Below are positions 9,481 through 17,715 of a stretch of DNA of 64,000 nt, in pieces. The translations under genes and the position numbers were made by a program. Below the pieces are notes generated by a model. That model was given only the letters and a program-made list of their open reading frames with translations. It searched no databases and had not been told where the DNA came from. How positions within the stretch are numbered: position 1 is the stretch's first letter; every line of letters begins with the position of its first letter. The DNA is from an uncultured Alphaproteobacteria bacterium (GTDB lineage Bacteria > Pseudomonadota > Alphaproteobacteria > HIMB59): the NCBI GenBank assembly GCA_902515765.1, contig CABXVZ010000002.1:2067-66066 (forward strand). Reading direction: 5' to 3'.

Positions 9481-10644
9481 TCAATGTAAATTAGAAGATA
9501 TTTTATCCCAATCACTCTCCCATATTGAGATAACTTTATATCCAGCTTTTTTTAAAACTCTCTTTTTTTCTAAAGTTTTTTTGTAAAGAAATCCAAAACT
9601 TATACCTATTGTAGGATTAATATCCTTTGCCTTGAATTTTTTAGGATTTCCATGCCAGTAATCGCCATTAAATTCATAAATTGTCTTTGTTTTATCTTCA
9701 TACCCATCAACTTTATAGTTTCTTGAGTTTATTTTAATAGTTACCTCTCTAGATTTTTTATCATTAGGAATACCTAAATAATCTAACCATAAATTTTGTC
9801 TAATTCTCATTTTTTTACCACATATAGTACAGCCTCTCTTAAGAGAAGGAGAGGTGTGATTGTGTGGAATTATCCAAAAAGGACCGCACTTCTTACAAAT
9901 TATTTCGACAGGAGTATCACTATTAACCCAAACTAACTTTGAATAATCAAATTTTTTTCCATGTATTCTTTTGGCCATTTTTATAAATTTATTAGCATTA
10001 CTTTTTCTAGAGGTATTTCCTCTTTTAATAAGACTACAATCAAAACATCCATATCCATCTAAATGATTTCTTGCCACTTGTTGAAACTCTCCATGCACAG
10101 GACAAATAATTGAAACAATAACTCTATCTGTTTTATAATTTACTAAAGAATAATCATAAAAATTATTATGAATTATCATTGATTTTTTAACAAAATCATT
10201 TTTAGTCAATCTTCTTTTCTTTGCACCTCGATCTTCACCACAAATTGGGCATCCTTGTTTAAGTTTTTTATTGATATGGTTTGCTGCTTCTTTGGGAAAT
10301 TCACCGTGAATAGGGCATATAATTTTAATTATCTCATGTTGATTTTTGAATTGATGAATTAATGAATAATCGTATTTGTAATTATGTATTGAATTAGCTT
10401 TTAAAATATAAGTTTCAATTGACATTCTTTGTTGTTTTGAAGAATGTTCATTATAACATTTTTTACAGCCACCTGATTCATATCGTAAATGGTCTGCAGA
10501 AGATATTTTAAAACTATTATTGTGGCTCTTACAGATGACTATTGATAGACTTTTTATGGCCTCATATTCAAATTTTGAATAATCAAATTTATCTTTATGT
10601 TTAAGTTTAAATCTCCTTAATACAATATCTAAAGTAAGAGCCAA
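9481..10644 (-). CDS. putative endonuclease: four DUF723-like zinc-binding repeats plus C-terminal Vsr/DUF559-like (EDxHD-type) nuclease domain
   Basis: Four repeats of H-x3-(Y/F)DYS...IC-x2-(H/C)...H...GC-x2-C, then VDGY...IYEFNGDYWHG...GYKVISIWESDW. TTG start. Confidence 0.75.
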   Translation of the reverse strand: MALTLDIVLRRFKLKHKDKFDYSKFEYEAIKSLSIVICKSHNNSFKISSADHLRYESGGCKKCYNEHSSKQQRMSIETYILKANSIHNYKYDYSLIHQFKNQHEIIKIICPIHGEFPKEAANHINKKLKQGCPICGEDRGAKKRRLTKNDFVKKSMIIHNNFYDYSLVNYKTDRVIVSIICPVHGEFQQVARNHLDGYGCFDCSLIKRGNTSRKSNANKFIKMAKRIHGKKFDYSKLVWVNSDTPVEIICKKCGPFWIIPHNHTSPSLKRGCTICGKKMRIRQNLWLDYLGIPNDKKSREVTIKINSRNYKVDGYEDKTKTIYEFNGDYWHGNPKKFKAKDINPTIGISFGFLYKKTLEKKRVLKKAGYKVISIWESDWDKISSNLH

Positions 10645-10714
10645 TAGGTACTTTTATTGATAAAGAGTATTATTTTCCACGTATTATATCAGTATGTTCT
10701 TGAACCATACGATC

Positions 10715-11002
10715 CTAAGCTTCATCAACTAATCTGTTTTCTTCATCTGATAATTCTTCGAGATTTTCATTTCCAGCTGTTGCTAAAGCAATTAATGTAA
10801 TAACTTCTGTTAGTTCATCTCCAAAACAGAACCATTTCACACCAAATTTTCTTCTTAAACACTCTTTTTCAGGGTATGTTTCCTCTGCAGCTCTCAGATG
10901 GTTGTCTAAGGTTCTTACATGAATACCAAAAAGTTTGGCTAAATCTTCTCTTAAAATTACGAATTTAGACTCAATTGAATTATTATTATTAGTTTCAGTC
11001 AT
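10715..11002 (-). CDS. small winged-HTH DNA-binding protein, excisionase/RDF-like
   Basis: REDLAKLFGIHVRTLDNHL (HTH) followed by a wing-like RKFGVKWF; AAGGA RBS; located inside the element. Confidence 0.6.
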   Translation of the reverse strand: MTETNNNNSIESKFVILREDLAKLFGIHVRTLDNHLRAAEETYPEKECLRRKFGVKWFCFGDELTEVITLIALATAGNENLEELSDEENRLVDEA

Positions 11003-11036
11003 AAGTTATTCCTTTCTTAGAATATAATAATCTAAA

Positions 11037-11057
11037 AAACTGATTAAATATCAGTTT
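11037..11057. promoter_or_regulatory. 8-5-8 inverted repeat, putative operator upstream of the wHTH gene
   Basis: AAACTGAT-TAAAT-ATCAGTTT. Confidence 0.45.
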
Positions 11058-11187
11058 GGAAGTACTCGCTTTCAACAAAAACTAAGGTCTTTAAAACATT
11101 AGTTTAGTTTTACTCTCTAATAAATTTTAATTTAAAATGATATTTGATCAAAGAAAAAAAAATTTTTTATGGTTTCAGAAAACATTT

Positions 11188-11220
11188 TTGTGCCACATCT
11201 GTGCCACAGCTGTGCCACGA
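11188..11220. repeat. three tandem 11-bp palindromic units (right array)
   Basis: TTGTGCCACAT CTGTGCCACAG CTGTGCCACGA; same orientation as the left array. Confidence 0.9.
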
Positions 11221-11313
11221 TAACTATAAAACAGCTGTTTACGTATAATAAACAAATATAAAAACTTCAAATTTATCAGTAATTTTTGTTGATATTGTTG
11301 AATAAAAAAAGGC

Positions 11314-11357
11314 TTTCAAGACTGATGCGTTCAACCGCTCTGCCATCTCTCCGAAGC
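11314..11357. repeat. att-like 44-bp direct repeat, copy 2 (orphan tRNA-Ser 5' half)
   Basis: Identical to 9297-9340; covers 5 nt of leader through the anticodon loop, with no 3' half. Confidence 0.95.
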
Positions 11358-11364
11358 GCTAGAA

Positions 11365-11395
11365 TGTATATAATATATAGGTTTTTTCAAATATA
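11365..11395 (-). promoter_or_regulatory. putative original chromosomal tRNA-Ser promoter
   Basis: Minus strand TATATTTGA-N13-TTATATACA (TTGAAA...TACATT) directly upstream of the tRNA half. Confidence 0.45.
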
Positions 11396-11407
11396 AATTT
11401 GAAAATA

Positions 11408-11791
11408 CTAATTTTGAAGACCGTTAATACGCTTAACACTAAATACAGCACCAAGCATAAATGCAATTACTGAACTAGGAAATAGAATGTAGCCTATTGT
11501 GTAGGTGTCGGGATAATACTGCATACCAAAGTAGAGGACTATTGCGTTTAATAGACATAAGAGCAAAAAGGTATAATTAGTTCCTAATCTATTAAAAAAT
11601 TCAGCTAGAGGCTTTAAAATCACTAAAGCTACCGCAAATACGAAAATAATAGCAGGTATTATGTTCATCATTATACCTGCGGACTCTAAATATGTGTAAT
11701 CAGAAAGAGACTCCCAGGGTAAAACCATTGAAAGTGTCATAAAAAGAATAGAAACATAAACAAATCTTTTCCCTATAGATGTTAAAACCAT
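11408..11791 (-). CDS. hypothetical membrane protein (4 TM)
   Basis: 127-aa ORF with four hydrophobic segments. Confidence 0.6.
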   Translation of the reverse strand: MVLTSIGKRFVYVSILFMTLSMVLPWESLSDYTYLESAGIMMNIIPAIIFVFAVALVILKPLAEFFNRLGTNYTFLLLCLLNAIVLYFGMQYYPDTYTIGYILFPSSVIAFMLGAVFSVKRINGLQN

Positions 11792-11899
11792 TGAAATAAT
11801 ATAACTAATTAATGCAATAATTCCATATTAAGTTCTTATGTTTGAGGATCTACTTGAAAGTATTTATTGCAAGATTTTATGTATAATTAGAGTCATATA

Positions 11900-12958
11900 A
11901 TGGAATCAAGATTATTTAAATTATTAACTACAATTGCTCTTTTTTTTTCGTTTAACCTATACGCCCATCACTCTAGTAATTGCGATGCCTTAAAAGATTA
12001 TGATTTTTCAAAATTTGAAGAATGGAAAGGGGAGGTAATATCTAAATCCTCTGAATATAATCTAGATAGTAACTTTGTATCTAATTTAATTGAACCATAC
12101 TCGGTCAATAAGAGCGTAATTGGTAACGATAAGTGTCAGCCTGAATTTACACTTACATTTTCAGAATATTTAGAAAAGAGAATATCTGATTTAAGAATTA
12201 AAAATGGATTAAATAAAAAAACTAAATACAATGATTTATTAAAGAAAATTGAGAATAAATATAATGTACAATCCAGGTTTATTCTTTCTATATGGGGTCT
12301 TGAAACAGCATATGGCGAAATCACAGGTAATTATCCTGTGATAGAGAGTCTACTTACAATGTCTTATGATGAAAGAAGGAGGCGATATTTCACTAAAGAA
12401 TTGTTTAATTCTTTTAGAATTATCAAAGAAGGTCATATAGATATTGATAATTTTAAAGGTTCATGGGCAGGAGCAATGGGACAAAATCAATTTATGCCCT
12501 CAAGTTTCCTCAATTACGCTCAAGATTTTAATAATGATGGTAAGAAAAACATCTGGACAGACATTGAAGACTCCTTGGCATCCATAGCTAGATACTTAAA
12601 TGGTGTTGGTTCTAATAAATGGGATTCCAATTTCACGTGGGGAAGGGAAGTCATACCACCACAAAATATTAAATCAATTGAACTTGAACTTTTCATAAAA
12701 AGAGAAAAAGGATGTCTTGCAATCAAGAAACTCTCAAAAAGAATACCTTTAAAAGAATTTAGATCGTATGGTTTCAAAAAAATGGATGGAAGTAACCTAT
12801 CTAATTTAGAGCTAGATAGTTACTTATTAAGAATGGGGAGAAAAGATGGCGATTATAGGTATTTCATTGTTTATAGAAACTATTTAAACATTTTATCTTA
12901 TAATTGTTCTAATTATTATGGTCTCTCAGTTGGTTTATTAAGTGATCAATTTAAATAA
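11900..12958 (+). CDS. lytic murein transglycosylase (MltB/SLT_2 family)
   Basis: QPEF, IWGLETAYG, GSWAGAMGQNQFMPSS, DFNNDGKKNIW, YNCSNYY. Confidence 0.93.
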   Translation: MESRLFKLLTTIALFFSFNLYAHHSSNCDALKDYDFSKFEEWKGEVISKSSEYNLDSNFVSNLIEPYSVNKSVIGNDKCQPEFTLTFSEYLEKRISDLRIKNGLNKKTKYNDLLKKIENKYNVQSRFILSIWGLETAYGEITGNYPVIESLLTMSYDERRRRYFTKELFNSFRIIKEGHIDIDNFKGSWAGAMGQNQFMPSSFLNYAQDFNNDGKKNIWTDIEDSLASIARYLNGVGSNKWDSNFTWGREVIPPQNIKSIELELFIKREKGCLAIKKLSKRIPLKEFRSYGFKKMDGSNLSNLELDSYLLRMGRKDGDYRYFIVYRNYLNILSYNCSNYYGLSVGLLSDQFK

Positions 12959-13715
12959 CATAAATAAACTACTAATTTTACTGATTTTATCTTCTTGTAC
13001 AGTAACTACTAGCGATGTAAAGAAAGATAAAAAAAAAATCTTATCTAACAAAGATGAAAGTTACTTTCAAAAATCTAATATTGATATTTCTCCCCTTGAG
13101 GACTACGAAACTGAGCTATTTGTATCTGAAAAATTTTATGTTGATGAGAATATTATAGGAAATCAGGTATCACACATATCACTCCCTTTTCCAAGTGTGG
13201 TAAAAATATCAGATCCAGATAATCTCAAAAATTATTTAATAGCAAGAAACGTTAAATCTAATAATATCACGAGATTTTCTATTAGTTCTGAGATATTTGA
13301 TATTTTGCAAGTAAAAACAAATATTTATATTGAATATCTTAAAGAAGAATCAATTAATTTAAGAAAAGTAGAAGATTCCAAAGAAGAGAGTAAAATTAAA
13401 ATGGACTCGACTATTATATCCGCGGAAACTCTTGACGATGACCAATCAGGAATTAGTTCTAGATTAGATTATAGTAAAATAAAGAATTTAGAGGCCAAAA
13501 TAGACAAATATAGAAATTTGTTATTAATAGATAAGTTTAATGACCTAAATAGCGCTAAACTACAAACAAATAAGATCAAAAACTTAGGCTTAATTATTGA
13601 AGAAATTGAAAATAAAATTTTTGTTTTTGCTGGCCCATTTAATGACAATAATATAAATCTTAAATTAGATTTTCTTATAAAAAATGGATACATGAATGCA
13701 AAAATTTACCCTTAA
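12942..13715 (+). CDS. degenerate RlpA-like lipoprotein with C-terminal SPOR-like region
   Basis: Lipobox LSSC, SHISLPFPSVVKI (cf. RlpA AHxTLPxPSxVxV), C-terminal VFAGPF; rlpA position between mltB and dac. Confidence 0.55.
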   Translation: MINLNNINKLLILLILSSCTVTTSDVKKDKKKILSNKDESYFQKSNIDISPLEDYETELFVSEKFYVDENIIGNQVSHISLPFPSVVKISDPDNLKNYLIARNVKSNNITRFSISSEIFDILQVKTNIYIEYLKEESINLRKVEDSKEESKIKMDSTIISAETLDDDQSGISSRLDYSKIKNLEAKIDKYRNLLLIDKFNDLNSAKLQTNKIKNLGLIIEEIENKIFVFAGPFNDNNINLKLDFLIKNGYMNAKIYP

Positions 13716-14823
13716 ATTATTAATTTTTGCCTTTTTCCTTACTATACCTAAAAGTCTCTTAAGTATTGAAAGCTTAGCAAAAACAGCTTTAATTATGGAC
13801 TTATCAACAGGTGAGGTTCTTTTAGAAAAAAATTCCGATGAAAGAACTTATCCTTCAAGCATGACAAAAATAATGACTGCTTTGGTTGCCTTTGAAAAAA
13901 TTAAAAACGGTACACTTGCTATAGATCAGGAGTTTTTAATAAGTAAAAAAGCTTGGAAAATGGGTGGATCTAAGATGTTCATTGAAGTGGACAAGAAAGT
14001 TACGTTGTCAGATCTTCTATTAGGTATTGTCGTCCAAAGTGGAAATGATGCATCTATTGCAGTTGCTGAGGGAATATCAGGCACAGAAGAGACATTTGCT
14101 ATAGAAATGAATAATTTAGGTAAAAAAATTGGTTTAACAGGTACTAATTTTGTTAATAGCAGTGGTTGGCCTAATGATGATCATTACACTACAGCAAAAG
14201 ATTTAGCTTTAGTTGCCAAATACACTATTGAAAATCACCCAGAACTCTACCAAATGTATAGCCTGACTGAGTTCACATATAATGGCATTAAACAAGATAA
14301 TAGAAATCCTCTTTTATTGACTTTTGAAGGGGCAGATGGTTTTAAAACTGGATATACTCAAGCTGCTGGATACGGTTTAGTTGGATCTGCTGAAAGAGGG
14401 GATAGAAGGTTAATAATTGTTCTTAATGGCCTAGAATCATCAAGATCTAGGGCTCAAGAGTCTTTGAGATTAATGGATTGGGGATTCAATAACTTTGAAT
14501 TAGTTGATTTCTATAAAAAAAATGAATTTGTTTTTGAAGCAGATACCTGGCTAGGAAAAGATGAAAAAGTAAATTTAGTTAGTGTTGAAGATATCAATGT
14601 TAGCATACCAAAAGGTCAACTTTCTTCAACTTCTGTAGATGTTCTCGTAGAGGAGCCAATTGAAACACCTATACAAAAAGGAGATCTACTAGCTACACTC
14701 CAAGTATCTTACGGTGATAAAAAAATAGAATTTCCTTTAGCTGCTGGAGAAGATATCGAGCAAAAGGGTTTCTTTTCAAGAATAACTTCAGCTCTTTACT
14801 ATATTATTTTAGGATCTAATTAA
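13696..14823 (+). CDS. dacA: D-alanyl-D-alanine carboxypeptidase (PBP5/6)
   Basis: SxxK (PSSMTK), SxN (SGND), KTG motifs. Confidence 0.93.
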   Translation: MQKFTLKLLIFAFFLTIPKSLLSIESLAKTALIMDLSTGEVLLEKNSDERTYPSSMTKIMTALVAFEKIKNGTLAIDQEFLISKKAWKMGGSKMFIEVDKKVTLSDLLLGIVVQSGNDASIAVAEGISGTEETFAIEMNNLGKKIGLTGTNFVNSSGWPNDDHYTTAKDLALVAKYTIENHPELYQMYSLTEFTYNGIKQDNRNPLLLTFEGADGFKTGYTQAAGYGLVGSAERGDRRLIIVLNGLESSRSRAQESLRLMDWGFNNFELVDFYKKNEFVFEADTWLGKDEKVNLVSVEDINVSIPKGQLSSTSVDVLVEEPIETPIQKGDLLATLQVSYGDKKIEFPLAAGEDIEQKGFFSRITSALYYIILGSN

Positions 14824-14838
14824 TAGAGTTCTTATAGT

Positions 14839-15438
14839 ATGCATGTAATCAGCTTTGAAGGTTTTGAGTATTCAGGGAAATCAACACAAATAGCTTTATT
14901 AAAAAAATTTTTTATTAAAAAAAAAATAGCATCAACTTTTACTAGAGAGCCAGGTGGAAATAAAGATTTAGAAAAAATACGAAAGATAATACTTCAATCA
15001 GACTTTGATAATCTGAGTTTAATATTATTTTTCTTTGCATCTAGATTTTCTTTATTATCTAGTTTTAAATCTAATGGTATTGTGGTGTTTGATCGTTTTT
15101 TTGACTCTACGTATGCTTACCAAAATTTTACAATTCGAGATAAGCAATTAATTTTAAATTTAATCAAACAAATTCATAGAAAATATATACCAAGGCTGAC
15201 ATTCTATTTCAAAATGAATAGGAAAACACTTTTGGAAAGAAAAAATAAAAGAGGTGCCTTAAATAAATTTGATAAGAAATATTTAGGAGATTTTGCTAGA
15301 ATTCAAAAAAACTATAATGACCTATCAAAAATAAAGATAGGTAAGAGGATTTTTATTACAATTGATGCCTCCCAATCAAAAGAATTAATTCATGAGGAAA
15401 TTATTAGAAATTTGAAAAAATGGAAATTAATCAAGTAA
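14839..15438 (+). CDS. tmk: thymidylate kinase
   Basis: FEGFEYSGKSTQ, TREPGG, DRFFDSTYAYQ. Confidence 0.93.
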   Translation: MHVISFEGFEYSGKSTQIALLKKFFIKKKIASTFTREPGGNKDLEKIRKIILQSDFDNLSLILFFFASRFSLLSSFKSNGIVVFDRFFDSTYAYQNFTIRDKQLILNLIKQIHRKYIPRLTFYFKMNRKTLLERKNKRGALNKFDKKYLGDFARIQKNYNDLSKIKIGKRIFITIDASQSKELIHEEIIRNLKKWKLIK

Positions 15439-16205
15439 TAACTAAAATTAAATCAGAAAATCATGGGTTTTATATTATTGAAACATCAAGCTTTAACTTG
15501 GATGCAATAGAAGAGTGCATTAAAAATTCTTTTTATGAAAAACAATACGAAATTGATACTTCTTTTATTAATTTAGCTGCAGAAGAAGGGACTAAGCATA
15601 TTTCTATTGAACAAATTAGGAAATTAAAACTGGAATTTCTTCATACAAATGTTTTAAATATAAGCAGAGTTATTTTAATTAGTGAAATAAATACTCTAAA
15701 TAATAATTCAATTAATGCTTTACTAAAATTAATTGAAGAAATCCCATCCAATACTTTTTTTATATTTTGCACCTCTAATCTTTTAAAAATACCTGAAACT
15801 ATTATTTCTAGAGCGAGATTATTAAGATTAAATGATTACCAAGATCAATCTAATCTTGATTTGCTTGCTTCAGATATGACTAATCAAAATCAAAATATTC
15901 CAGAAAATGTAATTCAAAATATTATTGATCCTTTTTTAAAATTAAAAAAAGCTGATTTTTTTGAAAGTGTTAAATTTTTCAATAAAGATCAGCTAGATAT
16001 TTGCTCTGTGATTTTTTTGAGAATTTTAAACTTTTATTTAAAATTAAATTTTAATAATAAAAAATTATATAAATACCTTTATGAACTTCACTCTAGTTAC
16101 ATTTACGATATAGACGAAAGTATTAAATTTAATACATTGACTAATGATTTAATTGCTATTTATTTTACTCGTTTAAACTCCAATTTAATTAAATATGCAA
16201 AATAA
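15420..16205 (+). CDS. holB: DNA polymerase III subunit delta' (divergent)
   Basis: ISIEQIR, NALLKLIEE, TIISR; position between tmk and metG. Confidence 0.8.
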   Translation: MEINQVITKIKSENHGFYIIETSSFNLDAIEECIKNSFYEKQYEIDTSFINLAAEEGTKHISIEQIRKLKLEFLHTNVLNISRVILISEINTLNNNSINALLKLIEEIPSNTFFIFCTSNLLKIPETIISRARLLRLNDYQDQSNLDLLASDMTNQNQNIPENVIQNIIDPFLKLKKADFFESVKFFNKDQLDICSVIFLRILNFYLKLNFNNKKLYKYLYELHSSYIYDIDESIKFNTLTNDLIAIYFTRLNSNLIKYAK

Positions 16206-17715
16206 ATATTTCACAACTCCCATTTATTACGTAAATGATAAACCTCATATAGGTCATGCTTATACTTCTTTAGCAGTTGACATTTTAAAAAGATTTTATA
16301 TCAGCAGGGGGATTGATAGTTTTTTTCTTACTGGAACCGATGAACATGGCCAAAAAGTAGAAAAAGCAGCTATTGATCAGGGAATAGATCCTTTAAAATT
16401 CACTAATGGGGTATCTCAAAATTTTAGAGATTTAAGTGATTTGTTAAACCTTTCTAATGATGATTTTATTAGAACAACCGAAGAAAGGCATAAGATATCT
16501 GCTCAAAATTTATGGAAAGTACTATTAGAAAAAGATGAAATTTATTTATCAAAGTATAGTGGGTGGTACTCAGTAAGAGATGAAGCCTTTGTTGCTGAGA
16601 ATGAGATTGTAGAAAAAGATGGAAAAAAATATAATGGATTTGGCTCTGAACTTTCTTGGGTAGAGGAAGAGTCTTACTTTTTTAGACTCTCAAAGTGGCA
16701 AGATAAGCTTTTAAAATTTTATAAAGAAAATACTGACTTTATTGTTCCAAAATCTAGGGCAAATGAAGTAATTAAATTTGTTGAGTCGGGTCTGAAAGAC
16801 TTATCAGTATCTAGAACTACTTTTAAATGGGGAATAGGGGTTCCTAACAACAAAAACCACATAATTTATGTGTGGTTGGATGCTTTAACTAATTATATCT
16901 CAGCTCTTGGATACCCAGAAACAGAGGCAGACCTGTACAAAAAATATTGGCCTGGTATCCACGTAGTAGGCAAAGATATAATACGTTTCCACGCAATTTT
17001 TTGGCCTGCTTTTCTTATGGCCGCTGATTTAAGTCCTCCTAAACAGATAGTTGCCCATGGTTGGTGGACCAATGAAGGTCAAAAAATTAGTAAAAGTCTT
17101 GGAAATGTTATTGATCCTAATGAATTAATTAATGTTTATGGACTTGACTCCATAAGATACTTTCTTTTTAGAGAGGTTCCTTTTGGCAATGATGGGGATT
17201 TTTCAAAATTAGCTATAAAGAATAGGATTAATGGAGAGTTAGCCAATAATTATGGAAATTTAATACAAAGAATAATTAGTTTTATTTATAAAAACTTAGA
17301 ACAAAATATTGAATTAACAGTAGAAAATTATGATTTTGATATTTTGAAGCAAATTAATGAATCTGAAGCTGAACTATTTAAATTTATTGAAAATTATAAA
17401 TTTGATGAGTATTTAAAAAAGCTTTTCTTATTTATGAATGATCTTAACAACTATGTAGACAAAACTGCACCTTGGGCCCTTAAAAAAACTGACCCAGAGG
17501 AAATGAAAAGGGTTTTAGCTAACATCAGCCTTTGTATTATCAGGGTTACCCAGTATTTAAGTCCTTTTATGCCTTTAAAATCAAAAGAAGTATTTAAACT
17601 ATTTGACAATTTAGGTGATATTGACCTTTTTCATTTTGATAATTTTGAGAAAATAAAAAGTCTAAATCATTTTAAAATCAATAAGCCAGAGCCTTTATTT
17701 ACAAAAATTGAGTAA
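16195..17715 (+). CDS. metG: methionyl-tRNA synthetase (short form)
   Basis: TTPIYYVN, HIGH, GTDEHG, YVWLDAL, KISKS. Confidence 0.97.
   Translation: MQNKYFTTPIYYVNDKPHIGHAYTSLAVDILKRFYISRGIDSFFLTGTDEHGQKVEKAAIDQGIDPLKFTNGVSQNFRDLSDLLNLSNDDFIRTTEERHKISAQNLWKVLLEKDEIYLSKYSGWYSVRDEAFVAENEIVEKDGKKYNGFGSELSWVEEESYFFRLSKWQDKLLKFYKENTDFIVPKSRANEVIKFVESGLKDLSVSRTTFKWGIGVPNNKNHIIYVWLDALTNYISALGYPETEADLYKKYWPGIHVVGKDIIRFHAIFWPAFLMAADLSPPKQIVAHGWWTNEGQKISKSLGNVIDPNELINVYGLDSIRYFLFREVPFGNDGDFSKLAIKNRINGELANNYGNLIQRIISFIYKNLEQNIELTVENYDFDILKQINESEAELFKFIENYKFDEYLKKLFLFMNDLNNYVDKTAPWALKKTDPEEMKRVLANISLCIIRVTQYLSPFMPLKSKEVFKLFDNLGDIDLFHFDNFEKIKSLNHFKINKPEPLFTKIE

Larger units (their letters stand above)
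9297..11357. mobile_element. 2,017-bp tRNA-Ser-integrated mini element without an integrase (non-autonomous integrative element or remnant)
   Basis: Perfect 44-bp direct repeats at 9297-9340 and 11314-11357, sub-terminal 3x11-bp arrays, and two phage-like genes. Confidence 0.85.

Noticed and set aside
10692-10710. Hairpin GTATGTTC/GAACCATAC between the two element genes as a terminator
   Set aside because: Weak bulged stem with no U-tract; function cannot be supported.
9408-11220. TGTGCCACA repeat arrays as a CRISPR array
   Set aside because: Units are 11 bp, directly abutting, with no spacers, and there are no cas genes.
9341-11313. Integrase or transposase inside the element
   Set aside because: Neither ORF has tyrosine recombinase, serine recombinase or DDE motifs, and the remaining non-coding DNA is too short.
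11314-11357. Second tRNA-Ser gene
   Set aside because: Only the 5' half is present; there is no variable arm, T-arm or 3' acceptor strand.
11408-11791. Membrane gene as part of the tRNA-Ser element
   Set aside because: It lies outside the right 44-bp repeat.
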